This document shows positions 42,451 through 52,715 of a stretch of 64,000 bases of DNA, piece by piece; the stretch's first letter is position 1; every line of letters starts with the position of its first letter. Source of the stretch: an uncultured Phycisphaerales bacterium. Lineage in GTDB: Bacteria; Planctomycetota; Phycisphaerae; Tepidisphaerales; Tepidisphaeraceae. The notes under the pieces are model-generated. The model ran no database searches. It was not told the origin of the DNA and saw nothing but the letters and a program-made list of their open reading frames with translations. The position numbers were made by a program, and so were the translations under genes. The stretch lies in assembly GCA_963755915.1 (NCBI GenBank), contig CAVWLP010000003.1, positions 1,312,001-1,376,000 of the forward strand, read 5' to 3'.

Positions 42451-42710
42451 CATGTCCATGATTTATAATCGTTATTGCGCCAATCGCAATGTTCGATGCG
42501 TCATTGCCGTACTAAACACGTACTAAACGCTTGAAAAACATGTAAAAATATGTAATCTATACAAATCGTAACGCTCGTATTCGCAAGCGTTTCTGGCTTA
42601 ACGGAATAACTTCGGAACCGAGGGTTGCAGGTTCGAGTCCTGCCGGGTGCGTTGAGTCCAAACCTTGCGGTCGAGCCTATTTCCAAGTCTCTTTGGCCCG
42701 AGATATGGCG

Positions 42711-43033
42711 TCAATGCCGGCTGCGTCCGCCGCCGCTGGCGGCGCCTTTGCCGCTGCGGCCATCGCCGAAGGCGCCGCTGCGGTTCTCGCGGGCTTTGGC
42801 CTCGCTTACTGTCAGTGTACGGCCGGCGTGCTCCTTGCCGTTGAGCGCGGCCGTGGCCGCCTGGGCCTCGACTTCGTTTTCCATTTCTACGAAGCCAAAA
42901 CCCTTGCTTTGGCCGGTGTCGCGATCGTCGATGATTTGCGCCTGTTCACGACTCCGTGTGCCGCGAATAATTGCTGCAAATCCGAGCTGCTGGTCTGGTA
43001 GTTCAGATTTCCGACATAGAGTTTTTTGCTCAT
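42711..43033 (-). CDS. RRM RNA-binding protein 1 (frameshifted)
   Basis: MSKKLYVGNL (RNP2), SKGFGFVEM (RNP1), Gly-rich tail. Confidence 0.88.
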
Positions 43034-43092
43034 AAATTTGCCTTCTTTCAAATCCCGTTTGCCGGCGGCCAACGTCGAGCTATGATCGTTGC

Positions 43093-43266
43093 ATGGCCAA
43101 AGACGTCGATCGGTTGCAGGCGAAGGTGGTTATTACGGAACTGCGTAAGAGTGCCGGTCGATTGGTGGCGCGCTCCCGGCAACTGGCTGAAGAAGCTCTC
43201 CAGTTGAAACAGCGAGCCGATGATTTGGAGCAATTGGTTAAGCAACACGATAATCGTAAAAAGTAA
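43093..43266 (+). CDS. 57-aa coiled-coil-like hypothetical protein
   Basis: MAKDVDRLQAKVVITELRKSAGRLVARSRQLAEEALQLKQRADDLEQLVKQHDNRKK; TATGAT just upstream; not listed in the ORF track. Confidence 0.5.
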   Translation: MAKDVDRLQAKVVITELRKSAGRLVARSRQLAEEALQLKQRADDLEQLVKQHDNRKK

Positions 43267-43298
43267 TTTCTGCCGTCATTCCTGGATCGTCTTCCAGC

Positions 43299-43568
43299 TC
43301 AATACTTCGAAAACGAATGATGCCGAAGCGAATGCCAGGCGATTAGCACGGCGATTGCCGCGAAACCGGCGAACATAAGGGCGTGGCCGTTGAAACCAGT
43401 TACTTCAGCTCCGCTGAAAAGGCTATAGAGCCAGCCGCCGACCAGTCCGGCTCCGCCGGCCATTGCAATGCCCATCTTGGGATCGTCATCTTTAATATTA
43501 AGAGATTTGCTGGCGATGAACCCGAAGATGAGACCCAAAACAATCCAGCCCATGGTTCCGAGAAACAT
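43299..43568 (-). CDS. GlsB/YeaQ/YmgE-family stress membrane protein
   Basis: WIVLGLIFGFIAS..GAGLVGGWL; AGGAG RBS. Confidence 0.8.
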   Translation of the reverse strand: MFLGTMGWIVLGLIFGFIASKSLNIKDDDPKMGIAMAGGAGLVGGWLYSLFSGAEVTGFNGHALMFAGFAAIAVLIAWHSLRHHSFSKY

Positions 43569-43970
43569 GTTGCGCTCCTAGTGAGGGACAAGGACGTTTA
43601 GAAACGGTCCGAAGGCGCGAAGTCGAAGAAGAGCCCGCGCCAAACGGCAATCGGGCAACCGATTCACCAGTTCAAATGTGAAGGGGCGGCAGGAGTGTCG
43701 TGTTGGGTCAGTCTACAAAGCGCGCCATGACAACGCCACCCTAAAGTCTCGGGATTGGCGCAAAAGAGCGATAATTCCGGGGAGGTATTGGACATGGCGC
43801 ATTTATCCGATATACTCCCTGTACAACATCCTGTCTCGATCCCTCTCAGAATCTCACCTTAACGGTATAGACACTGGACGTAACGAGCTCGGTTGTAGCG
43901 CACTGACTGGTCCTTATTTCGGCGTCTGCCGTTGACCCTTTGGTACGCACGTTTACCAAAGGATATTTCC

Positions 43971-45338
43971 TTGAGTTTTAGTGAATTGTCATTGTCGGCG
44001 CCGATTCTTCGCGCCGTTGTTTCAGAAGGATACACGATTGCCACGCCGGTACAGGCGCAGGCGATTCCACACGCGCTGCGCGGGCGGGACGTTTTGGGTT
44101 GTGCCCAGACGGGCACGGGAAAGACGGCGGCGTTTGCGCTGCCGATTTTGCATCGGCTGTCGAGCGTTGCCCAAGGCGGCGGCGTGGCACGGCCGCGATG
44201 TCTGGTGCTTTGTCCGACGCGCGAACTGGCTACGCAGATTGGCGACAGTTTTCGCGTTTACGGGAAGCATGTGGGGCTTAAATATGCCGTCGTTTACGGC
44301 GGCGTGGGCGTTGGGCCGCAGGCGGAGATGCTTCGGCGGGGAGTGGATATTCTGGTCGCGACGCCGGGACGGCTGCTCGACCTGCTCGGACAGCGATTAG
44401 CGGATTTGCGCAGCGTCGAGATTCTCGTGCTGGATGAAGCCGATCGAATGCTGGACATGGGGTTCATCCGCGATATTCGAAAAATTATTGCCGGTTTACC
44501 GGCTCGGAAGCAGACGATGCTTTTTTCGGCGACGATGCCGCCGGAGATTCGGCAGTTGTCGGGTTCGATTTTGCGGGATCCGGCGACGGTACAGCTCTCC
44601 CCGGCCTCGTCCACGGCGGAGCGGATCGATCAGTCGGTTTATTTCGTCGATCGAGCCACAAAGCCCGGGCTGCTGGCGCAACTGGTGAACGATTTGCCGA
44701 TTTCCAGGGCGATCGTTTTCACGCGTACCAAGCACGGCGCGGATCGGCTGGTTCGCCGGCTGCACGAAATGGGAATCGCCTCCGAGGCGTTTCATGGCAA
44801 CAAGAGCCAGAACCAGCGGCAGCGGGCGCTGCAGAATTTCCGCAAGGGCAAAACGAGTCTCCTCATCGCTACGGATGTCGCCTCGCGCGGAATCGACGTG
44901 GATGGGATCACGCACATTGTGAATTATGATCTGACCCACGAGCCGGAAACTTATGTTCACCGCATCGGCAGAACCGCCCGCGCAGGCGCCAGCGGTACGG
45001 CGATCTCGTTTTGCGATGCCGAGGAAATGCCGAATCTGAAGGCAATTGAAAAGCTCCTTCGATGCCAGATTCCGGTTAAGACGGCGAAGGGAGTGGTGCA
45101 GAGGCCGGCGCAAAAGCACGCGCAAAGACCCATGCCTCAAGTTCAACAGGCGACTCGAATGGAAAGCCCGAATATCGAGCCTCAGCCGAAGCGTCATCAG
45201 CATGCCCCGCATCCGGCGGCGACGAATCCGCGGCATCCGGGCCAATCGCGGCGGGGGCATTTCCGGGGGAATAATTCTGGGGGGAATCATTCTCGTGGAA
45301 GCCATCCCCATGGGCGAAGGCTGATTCCGGCCTTTTGA
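43971..45338 (+). CDS. DEAD-box RNA helicase (RhlE-like)
   Basis: AQTGTGKT, PTRELA, TPGRL, DEAD, SAT and HRIGRTAR motifs. Confidence 0.95.
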   Translation: MSFSELSLSAPILRAVVSEGYTIATPVQAQAIPHALRGRDVLGCAQTGTGKTAAFALPILHRLSSVAQGGGVARPRCLVLCPTRELATQIGDSFRVYGKHVGLKYAVVYGGVGVGPQAEMLRRGVDILVATPGRLLDLLGQRLADLRSVEILVLDEADRMLDMGFIRDIRKIIAGLPARKQTMLFSATMPPEIRQLSGSILRDPATVQLSPASSTAERIDQSVYFVDRATKPGLLAQLVNDLPISRAIVFTRTKHGADRLVRRLHEMGIASEAFHGNKSQNQRQRALQNFRKGKTSLLIATDVASRGIDVDGITHIVNYDLTHEPETYVHRIGRTARAGASGTAISFCDAEEMPNLKAIEKLLRCQIPVKTAKGVVQRPAQKHAQRPMPQVQQATRMESPNIEPQPKRHQHAPHPAATNPRHPGQSRRGHFRGNNSGGNHSRGSHPHGRRLIPAF

Positions 45339-45365
45339 CCGGCCCAAGATGTCCCGCGCGCTGGT

Positions 45366-46859
45366 ATGATGGCGCGGGACAACTTGATGCTGATAGAATC
45401 CCTGTTCCTTCACGCCCAGCGTCAACCGGAGGCCTTGGCCATCATCGATGACCAGGGCGAATGCAGCTACAGACAACTTGCGGTGATGGCGGCGGGATTC
45501 GCGAAATATATTTCATCGCAGACGGATCTTCCGCGCGTCGGGTTGCTACTGCCGTCGGGAAGGGGATTCGTCGCCAGTTTTTATGGAACGCTTCTGGCCG
45601 GCAAGGCGGTGGTTCCGATCAATTTTTTGCTGGGCGGGGCTGAAATCGGGCACTGCATTCGGGACAGCGGGATCGACACTGTGGTGACGATTCCACAGCT
45701 TGCCGGTGCGGTGAAAAAGACGGGATTGAAGATTATCGATCTGACGCGGCTTCCACCGGCACCTGCGCCGACCGCGGGGGCAGAGCTGCCACCCTTTCCA
45801 TCCACGGACACGGACGCCATGGCAGTGCTGATGTACACGAGCGGTACCAGCGGATTGCCCAAAGGTGTGCCGCTGACTTTCGGCAACCTTCAGAGCGACG
45901 TGGATGCGGCCATCGCTTACATGGATTTCCAGACCCGGCACAAATTCCTGGGGATCATCCCGCTGTTTCACGTCTTCGGAATGATCGCGATGATGCTGGC
46001 GCCGATCCAACTAGGAGCGACGGCGGTTTATATGGCGCGATTCAGTCCGCTCGGCGCGGTGAAGGCAATCAAAGAGCATGGGATATCGCTCGTGCTGGGC
46101 GTGCCGAGCATGTTCGCGGCGATGGCCCGGCTCAAAGAGGCCTCGGCTGACGATTTCAAGACGATCTTCGCGATGATCAGCGGGGGTGAGCCGTTGCCGG
46201 CGGCTCTTTATGAAGCGTTTCGATCCCGGTTTGGCGTGACTTTGCATGAAGCCTACGGGATGACGGAGACGAGCCTGGCGATTTCCGTCAACACGCCACA
46301 GCATCAAAAGCGGGGCAGTGTGGGCAAGACGATTCCGGGCATGGAAGTCGCGTTTCTGGATGATGAAGGGAAGGCTGTGCCTCCGGGAGAGCCGGGCGAA
46401 ATCTGTGTGAAGGGCCCGATGGTGATGAAGGGGTATTTTAATCTTCCTGGTGAAAACGCCGCGTCGTTCACCCCGGATGGATATTTCAAGACGGGCGATA
46501 TTGGGGTGCTCGACGCCGAGGGGTTTCTTCACATCACCGGACGCAGAAAGGATTTGATCATAATCGCCGGCGAGAAGGCGGCTCCGACCGAGATCGAGCA
46601 GATTCTGATGGCTCATCCCGGCGTGGCGGAGGCCGCGGTGGTGGGAAAGAAGGATGCGAGCCGGGGGGAAGTCGTGCTGGCTTTCATTATTCCGCGGGAA
46701 GGAAGCACTCCAACCCTGGAAGACCTTCGCGAATTTTGCCGCCGGCAGGGCCTAGCGCAGTGGAAGGCGCCGCGGGAAATGCGGATTGTGAAGGATTTTC
46801 CTCGTTCTCCGACGGGCAAAGTGCTTAAGCGGGTATTGGCCCTGGGCGTGCGGGATTGA
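45366..46859 (+). CDS. AMP-binding acyl-CoA ligase-type enzyme
   Basis: YTSGTSGLPKG, YGMTE, KTGD and SPTGK motifs. Confidence 0.9.
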   Translation: MMARDNLMLIESLFLHAQRQPEALAIIDDQGECSYRQLAVMAAGFAKYISSQTDLPRVGLLLPSGRGFVASFYGTLLAGKAVVPINFLLGGAEIGHCIRDSGIDTVVTIPQLAGAVKKTGLKIIDLTRLPPAPAPTAGAELPPFPSTDTDAMAVLMYTSGTSGLPKGVPLTFGNLQSDVDAAIAYMDFQTRHKFLGIIPLFHVFGMIAMMLAPIQLGATAVYMARFSPLGAVKAIKEHGISLVLGVPSMFAAMARLKEASADDFKTIFAMISGGEPLPAALYEAFRSRFGVTLHEAYGMTETSLAISVNTPQHQKRGSVGKTIPGMEVAFLDDEGKAVPPGEPGEICVKGPMVMKGYFNLPGENAASFTPDGYFKTGDIGVLDAEGFLHITGRRKDLIIIAGEKAAPTEIEQILMAHPGVAEAAVVGKKDASRGEVVLAFIIPREGSTPTLEDLREFCRRQGLAQWKAPREMRIVKDFPRSPTGKVLKRVLALGVRD

Positions 46860-46886
46860 TTTGGGTTATCGCGCGGGGCAACGAGG

Positions 46887-47273
46887 TCATCGTTTTTTTG
46901 TCTCGCGGAAAACGGATGCCGAGGCCAGGGTGAACAAGATCACCTCTTCGCCGGTAATGGTGCTGATATCGTGATGAAGGCTTATGACCTTTATGCCGGT
47001 GACGTCCTGGATCATAGCTTCCATGCGCGGCCTGGCGGTTTCAACCAGATGCGTTCGCACCTGCTTGAGAAGGTCTCTTCCCTTCTCTGCGGGTAATGTC
47101 TTGACCAGTTGCTGTTCGGCCGCGGTTAGAACGCCCTTGAGACGAACGACAAGCAGATCATCGATTAGATGAGCCCGGATCTCCTTGGGTCCGCGTCCCA
47201 TGTACTGCTGTTCAAACTGGCCCAATCCCTCGCAAACCAGGGCTTCGATTTCTCCTTTGGTCATCATCGCCAA
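46887..47273 (-). CDS. DUF2294 (MpsC-like) protein
   Basis: GRGPKEIRAH..GVLTAAEQQL..SLHHDISTITGE. Confidence 0.85.
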   Translation of the reverse strand: MAMMTKGEIEALVCEGLGQFEQQYMGRGPKEIRAHLIDDLLVVRLKGVLTAAEQQLVKTLPAEKGRDLLKQVRTHLVETARPRMEAMIQDVTGIKVISLHHDISTITGEEVILFTLASASVFRETKKR

Positions 47274-47752
47274 ACGTCGCCGGCGAAGCGACGCCTCCGT
47301 TCAACGCGGTGTTTGGCTTGTATTATACCTCCGGTCGGATCAATTCTCATTTACGTTGCAAGGTGTTGCGAGGCGGCCGCGGAGGTTGAAACGACGACTG
47401 GGCCGGTGGTGCAGGTTTTCACCACGGGTACGATAGTGCAGGTTTTTCAACTTGCGCGGGGCATCTCCAAAACAGCGTGGAATAAAATTCCAGGCCGGAA
47501 AAAAAACTGAGCAGCGCCGTTGTTCTGCGCCTACATTCGTGTTACGATTCTTTAGCTTCGAGGCCCAGCAGCGGGCTCGAGGATAGGCCTAAAATCGAAT
47601 CGCCGGACGACAAGATGATGGGCAACCTGGCACTGCCAGGAGGCCAACCAATAAGTAAGCCGACGTAAACGAAAGCCAATGGGGGGGCTTCGTTTACGTC
47701 GGCTTTTTTGTTGGCTACACGCGCCCGACCCGGCGCGGCAAAGGAAGAGGAG

Positions 47753-48745
47753 ATGACGGTAGAATCGCCCGCCCAAATTCAGATCGAAATGCTCCGAGGC
47801 CTCAAGAGTGAGGTGGCGGACAATTTGCTCCTCTCGCCGATCGATGAGGCCTGGCAGCCGAGCGATTACCTTCCCGATCTGAGCGCGGACGATTGGGTCA
47901 TTCAGGTGCAACAATTCAAAGACCATGCGAAAGATTTGGATGACGAACTTCTCGTCGTTCTGGTCGCGGACATGGTCACCGAGGAAGCGCTGCCCAGCTA
48001 TTCGATAGCGCTGAACCTCCTGGCGGAAGATCCTACCGGCACCAGCGACTGCCCCTGGGCCCGATGGATGCGGGGATGGACGGCGGAGGAAAATCGGCAT
48101 GGAGACCTGCTCAATGCCTACCTCCGGCTCACCGGACGGGTCGACATGCGGGCGGTGGAAGTCACCATTCACCATTTGCTGAACAATGGGTTCAATCCCC
48201 AGGCGTATCCCGATCTCTATGGCGGCCTGGTTTACACGGCGTTTCAGGAACGCGCCACGAAGCTGTCCCATGCGAATGTGGCCCGCCTGGCTGAAGCGCG
48301 GGGTGACGCCAATTTGAGTCGGATTTGCCTCAAAATCGCCGGCGACGAAGCACGGCATGAGGCGTTCTACACCCGAATCATGTCACGGGTGATGGACGAA
48401 GACCCGGAGGGGGGGCTGTTGACGTTTCGCAGCATGATGCGGCGAATCATCGCCATGCCGGGACGACTGATGTTTGACGGAAAAGACCCATCTCTTTTCG
48501 ACCATTTTGCGTCGGTCGCGCAGCGCACCCGCATCTACACGATCCGAGATTATGCGGCGATCGCCGACCATCTCCTCAAGACCTGGCGGGTGGCGGACCG
48601 CTGCGTCTCCGGAAAGGCGGCCCGCGCCCAGGAATATCTGTGCGGATTGCCTCGCCAATACGAGGAAATGGCCCAAAAAATCGAGCGAAAACTGGAGGCA
48701 GAGCCGCGCTACCCCTTCAGTTGGATCTATGATCGGGTTGCTTAA
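47753..48745 (+). CDS. Soluble acyl-ACP desaturase
   Basis: WQPSDYLP, TEEALPSY, WTAEENRHG, FQERAT and DEARHE di-iron motifs. Confidence 0.92.
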   Translation: MTVESPAQIQIEMLRGLKSEVADNLLLSPIDEAWQPSDYLPDLSADDWVIQVQQFKDHAKDLDDELLVVLVADMVTEEALPSYSIALNLLAEDPTGTSDCPWARWMRGWTAEENRHGDLLNAYLRLTGRVDMRAVEVTIHHLLNNGFNPQAYPDLYGGLVYTAFQERATKLSHANVARLAEARGDANLSRICLKIAGDEARHEAFYTRIMSRVMDEDPEGGLLTFRSMMRRIIAMPGRLMFDGKDPSLFDHFASVAQRTRIYTIRDYAAIADHLLKTWRVADRCVSGKAARAQEYLCGLPRQYEEMAQKIERKLEAEPRYPFSWIYDRVA

Positions 48746-49020
48746 CCCGAATGAACAGTATATGAGATTCCATCGGCAAGCTGAACGTCAAAATGGTGGG
48801 CGCGTAAGCCTATTTGCGCCGATACAATATTCGTTGGCAGCATGAATCTCATAGATGTTGACAATAATTTAACGGGCTTGCGAGTGCCCACGGTTGTTTT
48901 GGGCCGTCAGGACGCATATAATCGTGCCAGGACATCCGTTAACAAGTAGCGTTTTGCGACCCTTCTTTTGGCCCACACTACTCCGCCTGCCCTGCCGAAT
49001 TACTTTGTGAGGAAGATTCG

Positions 49021-50196
49021 ATGAACCAGGTACCTTCCGACACCATCCAACTTGCGATTCCAGGCAGCGCTCCCGCGTCCAAAGCAGATGCCGCCAAAGT
49101 CAAATTCACCGGCAGCGATCGATTTATCCGCGAATTGCGGCGTCGAGTCGACGCCTATTTCGAACGAACCGGACATTCCCGCCGCGATTGCCCGCAGATG
49201 TACTTCAAGACGGCGACGATCCTGGCCTGGTTTTTTGGCTCTTACCTGCTGCTTCTGTTTTTCGCCTCAAGCTGGTGGACGGTGCTTCCGCTGACGGTGA
49301 TCCTGGGATTGTCGATCGCCGCCATTGGTTTCAATATTCAGCATGACGGCGGTCACAGGGCCTATTCCAATCGGCAATGGGTTAACAAGATCATGGCGCT
49401 GACCCTGGACATGATGGGCGGCAGCTCCTACCTGTGGGATTGGAAGCACAACTCGATTCACCATACCTATCCCAACATCGAGGGACAGGATGATGATATC
49501 AACCTCGGTTTTCTGGGAAGACTTTCGCCGCAACAGCCACGGCTGAAAATCCACCGCCTTCAGGGAATTTACCTCTGGTTCCTCTACGGTTTCATGGCAA
49601 TCAAGTGGCACTTGATCGACGATTTCTACCAGGTCTCCCGAGGACGCATTGGCACGCACAAAATTCCACGACCCAAAGGCAAGGACCTGGTCATTTTCAT
49701 CGGCGGCAAAGTTGTATTCGCCTCATTGGCATTCGTTATTCCGATGCTGCTGCACCGGTGGTATGACGTCTTGTTCGTGTATGTCGGAGCCGCCTTTGTC
49801 AGCGGTGTCGTGCTGAGCGTCGTGTTTCAGTTGGCCCATTGTGTCGGGGAAGCTGACTTCCCGATACCCATCCACGATGCCGAAGGCAAAGAGCGAATGG
49901 AAACCGACTGGGCCGTGCACCAGGTGCAGACCACCGTCGATTTCGCCAGGAGCAACCCAATCCTTTGCTGGTTCCTTGGCGGCCTGAATTTCCAGATCGA
50001 GCATCACCTCTTCCACAAGATTTGCCACGTGCACTATCCGGCGCTGTCGAAGCTGGTCGAGGAAGCGTGCAACGAATTCGGCCTGAAGTATGCGGAACAC
50101 AAAACAATGTTCTCCGCGGTAGGCTCGCATTTCAGATGGCTTGTGGAAATGGGGCGCCCGCCGGTTGCTTTGGCGGATCCGATGCCCCAACCATGA
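49021..50196 (+). CDS. Membrane fatty-acid (acyl-CoA/lipid) desaturase
   Basis: His boxes HDGGH, HNSIHH and QIEHH. Confidence 0.92.
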   Translation: MNQVPSDTIQLAIPGSAPASKADAAKVKFTGSDRFIRELRRRVDAYFERTGHSRRDCPQMYFKTATILAWFFGSYLLLLFFASSWWTVLPLTVILGLSIAAIGFNIQHDGGHRAYSNRQWVNKIMALTLDMMGGSSYLWDWKHNSIHHTYPNIEGQDDDINLGFLGRLSPQQPRLKIHRLQGIYLWFLYGFMAIKWHLIDDFYQVSRGRIGTHKIPRPKGKDLVIFIGGKVVFASLAFVIPMLLHRWYDVLFVYVGAAFVSGVVLSVVFQLAHCVGEADFPIPIHDAEGKERMETDWAVHQVQTTVDFARSNPILCWFLGGLNFQIEHHLFHKICHVHYPALSKLVEEACNEFGLKYAEHKTMFSAVGSHFRWLVEMGRPPVALADPMPQP

Positions 50197-50209
50197 TTGA
50201 TGCCGACCG

Positions 50210-52012
50210 TTAAGTCGGCTCATCTACGCCCGACATCATGGCCCGTTGCAACAGGAAATCCCACTGTGCGTTCGTCGTCCTGGGGATCGCCACCACGCGC
50301 TCGATCAAGACGCGGCTTGAAGCGCTGAGATGGTCGGAAGACGCCATTGCGAGCGCCGAACTGCTCAGGTCGTTGACCAGCAGATGAAAGATCACCGAAA
50401 CGATCTCCAGCGGCACGCCGGAATAAACAGCATTTTCCGCGACCAATTGCCCATACGCGATCGTCGCCATGCCTTGTCCCAACGCAATGGCCGTCTGCGC
50501 ATTCGCCTCCGGTCTACGGGATTGGCTTCGCGCAAATAATCGAAACGCCTTGGCCTGCCGGGCGAAAATGCGCACGTTCGATACCGATTTCAGCGGCCGA
50601 TACGCCTCCAGACAGCGGCGAAACCTGATCGAATTGATTTGCCCGCTTCGGGCCCCCATCAGATAAATATTTTCCGAACCGGTCCCATGTCCCCGGTTGA
50701 ATTCAAGAACCGGCAGATTGAGATCGGCGTCATTAAAATATCCAGCTATGAACTGCGCCGTCAGTTCCAGGTTGATGTGTACGCTGCCTTCCAGGCTTGG
50801 AATCAACTGCACGTCCCGCAACGCCATTTCGAAATAGGTGTCCGATTCAAACGCCTTGGCGCCCATGCATTCGCTGAGCAGAGAAATGACCTTGACGCCT
50901 TCGGTGCTCACCCGCGCCTTCTGAACGGCGCAAAAGAGCAGATACCGCCGATCATCCGCGTTCGCGGCTTGCACGTAATCGAGCGCACGGTAGGCGTATA
51001 ATTTCATCGCCGTCAGGCGCGCATAGGCCTGCCCCACCGCCGATCCAATATGCGGCATATCGATGACGGGTTTGCCGTAGAGCACACGCCGGGTCAGATG
51101 CGCCAGTGCTTCTTCAAACGCGCGCTCGCAGATGCCGATCGAGCCGAAGCCAAGAAAGAATTTTCCTAGGGTGACGGTGCCGAGCACCGCGTCCCAGGCC
51201 TCCCTTCCCTGGGCGATCAGATCGGCTTCGGGAAGCTGGTGATCTTTGACCTCAAATTCCCCGACGAACGCCGAGCGTATGCCCAGCGTCTCGATTTTCC
51301 GCGCTCGTCCGAATCCCTTCGACTGCGCCGGCCGCAGGGCGAAGAGAATCGGCGTGGCCCGCCGGGCGCGATTTGCATGCCGATCATCCGCTTTTCGCGC
51401 CAGGATGGAGATGATCGAAGCGCAATTCGCATTGCCGATGTAATATTTCGATCCGCCGGCGATCAGACGTCCCGGCTCGCCAGCGGCAACGGTGAATTCG
51501 CTCGCCAGCAAATCCGAACCATGCTCTTTCTCGGAGATACCGAATGCGAATAACGCCCCTTTTTCCAGGGCCGCGACAGCCTCACGCTTCAAGGCGTCAT
51601 TCGATCCCATCAGGATCGCGAAGAGACCCAGAAACGTCACCTGCAGACTGTACCCATGCGCGGGGCTGAAGTAGGCGAAAACTTCCAGGAAGCGGGTGAG
51701 CCTGGGCACGTCGAATTCGTTCCCAGTCGTGGAATATTTTTTTGGCGAGAGGAGTGAGGCGTAGAGTCCGTGAGCTTTCTGGAAGGCGATCCAATCTTCA
51801 TACCACTGCCGGCTCTGGTCCTCGTCTTTAAGAGCCCGCAGCCCCTTGTTCTCGAAGAACTCCACCAGCTTTTGCAGCGAGGGATCGCGAAAAAAAATAT
51901 TGGCGGCACTGGATCGCCGCCGGGTGGAAAAGATCAGTGGATAGATCGCATCGCGGATGGCGGCGGTGGATTCACCGTGAGCTGGGCCGCCAGGCTCGAT
52001 GGGCTTATCCAT
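50210..52012 (-). CDS. Acyl-CoA dehydrogenase-family protein
   Basis: FGISEKEHGSD, GSKYYIGNA, RRVLYGKPV and IPSLEG motifs. Confidence 0.88.
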   Translation of the reverse strand: MDKPIEPGGPAHGESTAAIRDAIYPLIFSTRRRSSAANIFFRDPSLQKLVEFFENKGLRALKDEDQSRQWYEDWIAFQKAHGLYASLLSPKKYSTTGNEFDVPRLTRFLEVFAYFSPAHGYSLQVTFLGLFAILMGSNDALKREAVAALEKGALFAFGISEKEHGSDLLASEFTVAAGEPGRLIAGGSKYYIGNANCASIISILARKADDRHANRARRATPILFALRPAQSKGFGRARKIETLGIRSAFVGEFEVKDHQLPEADLIAQGREAWDAVLGTVTLGKFFLGFGSIGICERAFEEALAHLTRRVLYGKPVIDMPHIGSAVGQAYARLTAMKLYAYRALDYVQAANADDRRYLLFCAVQKARVSTEGVKVISLLSECMGAKAFESDTYFEMALRDVQLIPSLEGSVHINLELTAQFIAGYFNDADLNLPVLEFNRGHGTGSENIYLMGARSGQINSIRFRRCLEAYRPLKSVSNVRIFARQAKAFRLFARSQSRRPEANAQTAIALGQGMATIAYGQLVAENAVYSGVPLEIVSVIFHLLVNDLSSSALAMASSDHLSASSRVLIERVVAIPRTTNAQWDFLLQRAMMSGVDEPT

Positions 52013-52217
52013 GGCTCGTCAAGGCAGAACGCCTTCGGGACGGAGTTCGCCGCTGCGTCTGGTCGCGGCTATAGAGCGATACCGGCAAACCCCGGTTGAT
52101 CGTCGAAAGCCGGGGCTTGACGCCGGTTGTTAAATCACGACCCAGCGTGACCCAATCTTCCACGGTTCGAAGACCGCTCTCTGCGTACATTCTCAAAACT
52201 TTATCTGACTGATACAT
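52005..52217 (-). CDS. Small hypothetical protein
   Basis: MYQSDKVLRMY start with an AAGGAG RBS; overlaps the ACAD start. Confidence 0.6.
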   Translation of the reverse strand: MYQSDKVLRMYAESGLRTVEDWVTLGRDLTTGVKPRLSTINRGLPVSLYSRDQTQRRTPSRRRSALTSHG

Positions 52218-52270
52218 GACTGTCTCCTTCAATCGCTTTGAATACAACCATGGGCGGGAACACTATTTTC

Positions 52271-52620
52271 TCACGCCTCGCGGACAAGATTTCTTCGATG
52301 CGCGCCAACCGGACCGATTTCTTTGAGCGTGAGTTCACCGGCGTTCATCGTTGCGCTCAGGAAGCAGCTCTTGCGCACGATATCCACAATGATGCCCGTC
52401 CAGGCATAGTCCAGGTACTGCTGCGCACGGCGGCGCGAGACCACCAGTTACATCGATAGTAATTCCCGAATACACGCACGCATTTCACGAAATCCAGCGG
52501 CTCCCGTGCCACCGTCCGCTCGATTTCCCGCGACAGGTCCTTCTCTGATGGATTTTCCTGGCTCGTCGATTCGGCAGTCCTGCGGGCAGGCTGCTCTTGA
52601 GCTGATTGTTCATCCATCAT
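52271..52620 (-). CDS. Hypothetical protein (frameshifted)
   Basis: VKCVRVFGNYYRCNWW.. continues as VRKSCFLSAT in another frame; AAGGAG RBS. Confidence 0.55.
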
Positions 52621-52715
52621 GCACTCCTTCGCGGAATAATTTGAAATGTTTCAATACCTCGCTTCGGCAACCCCTAGAGTTTAGCGCAACTGGCCTGATA
52701 CAGCACAAAAGGAAG

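Larger units (their letters stand above)
35200..42650. mobile_element. Decayed integrative element at tRNA-Arg
   Basis: 41-bp direct repeat of the tRNA 3' half (35200-35240 and 42610-42650, 1 mismatch); integrase next to the tRNA; ardC inside. Confidence 0.9.
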
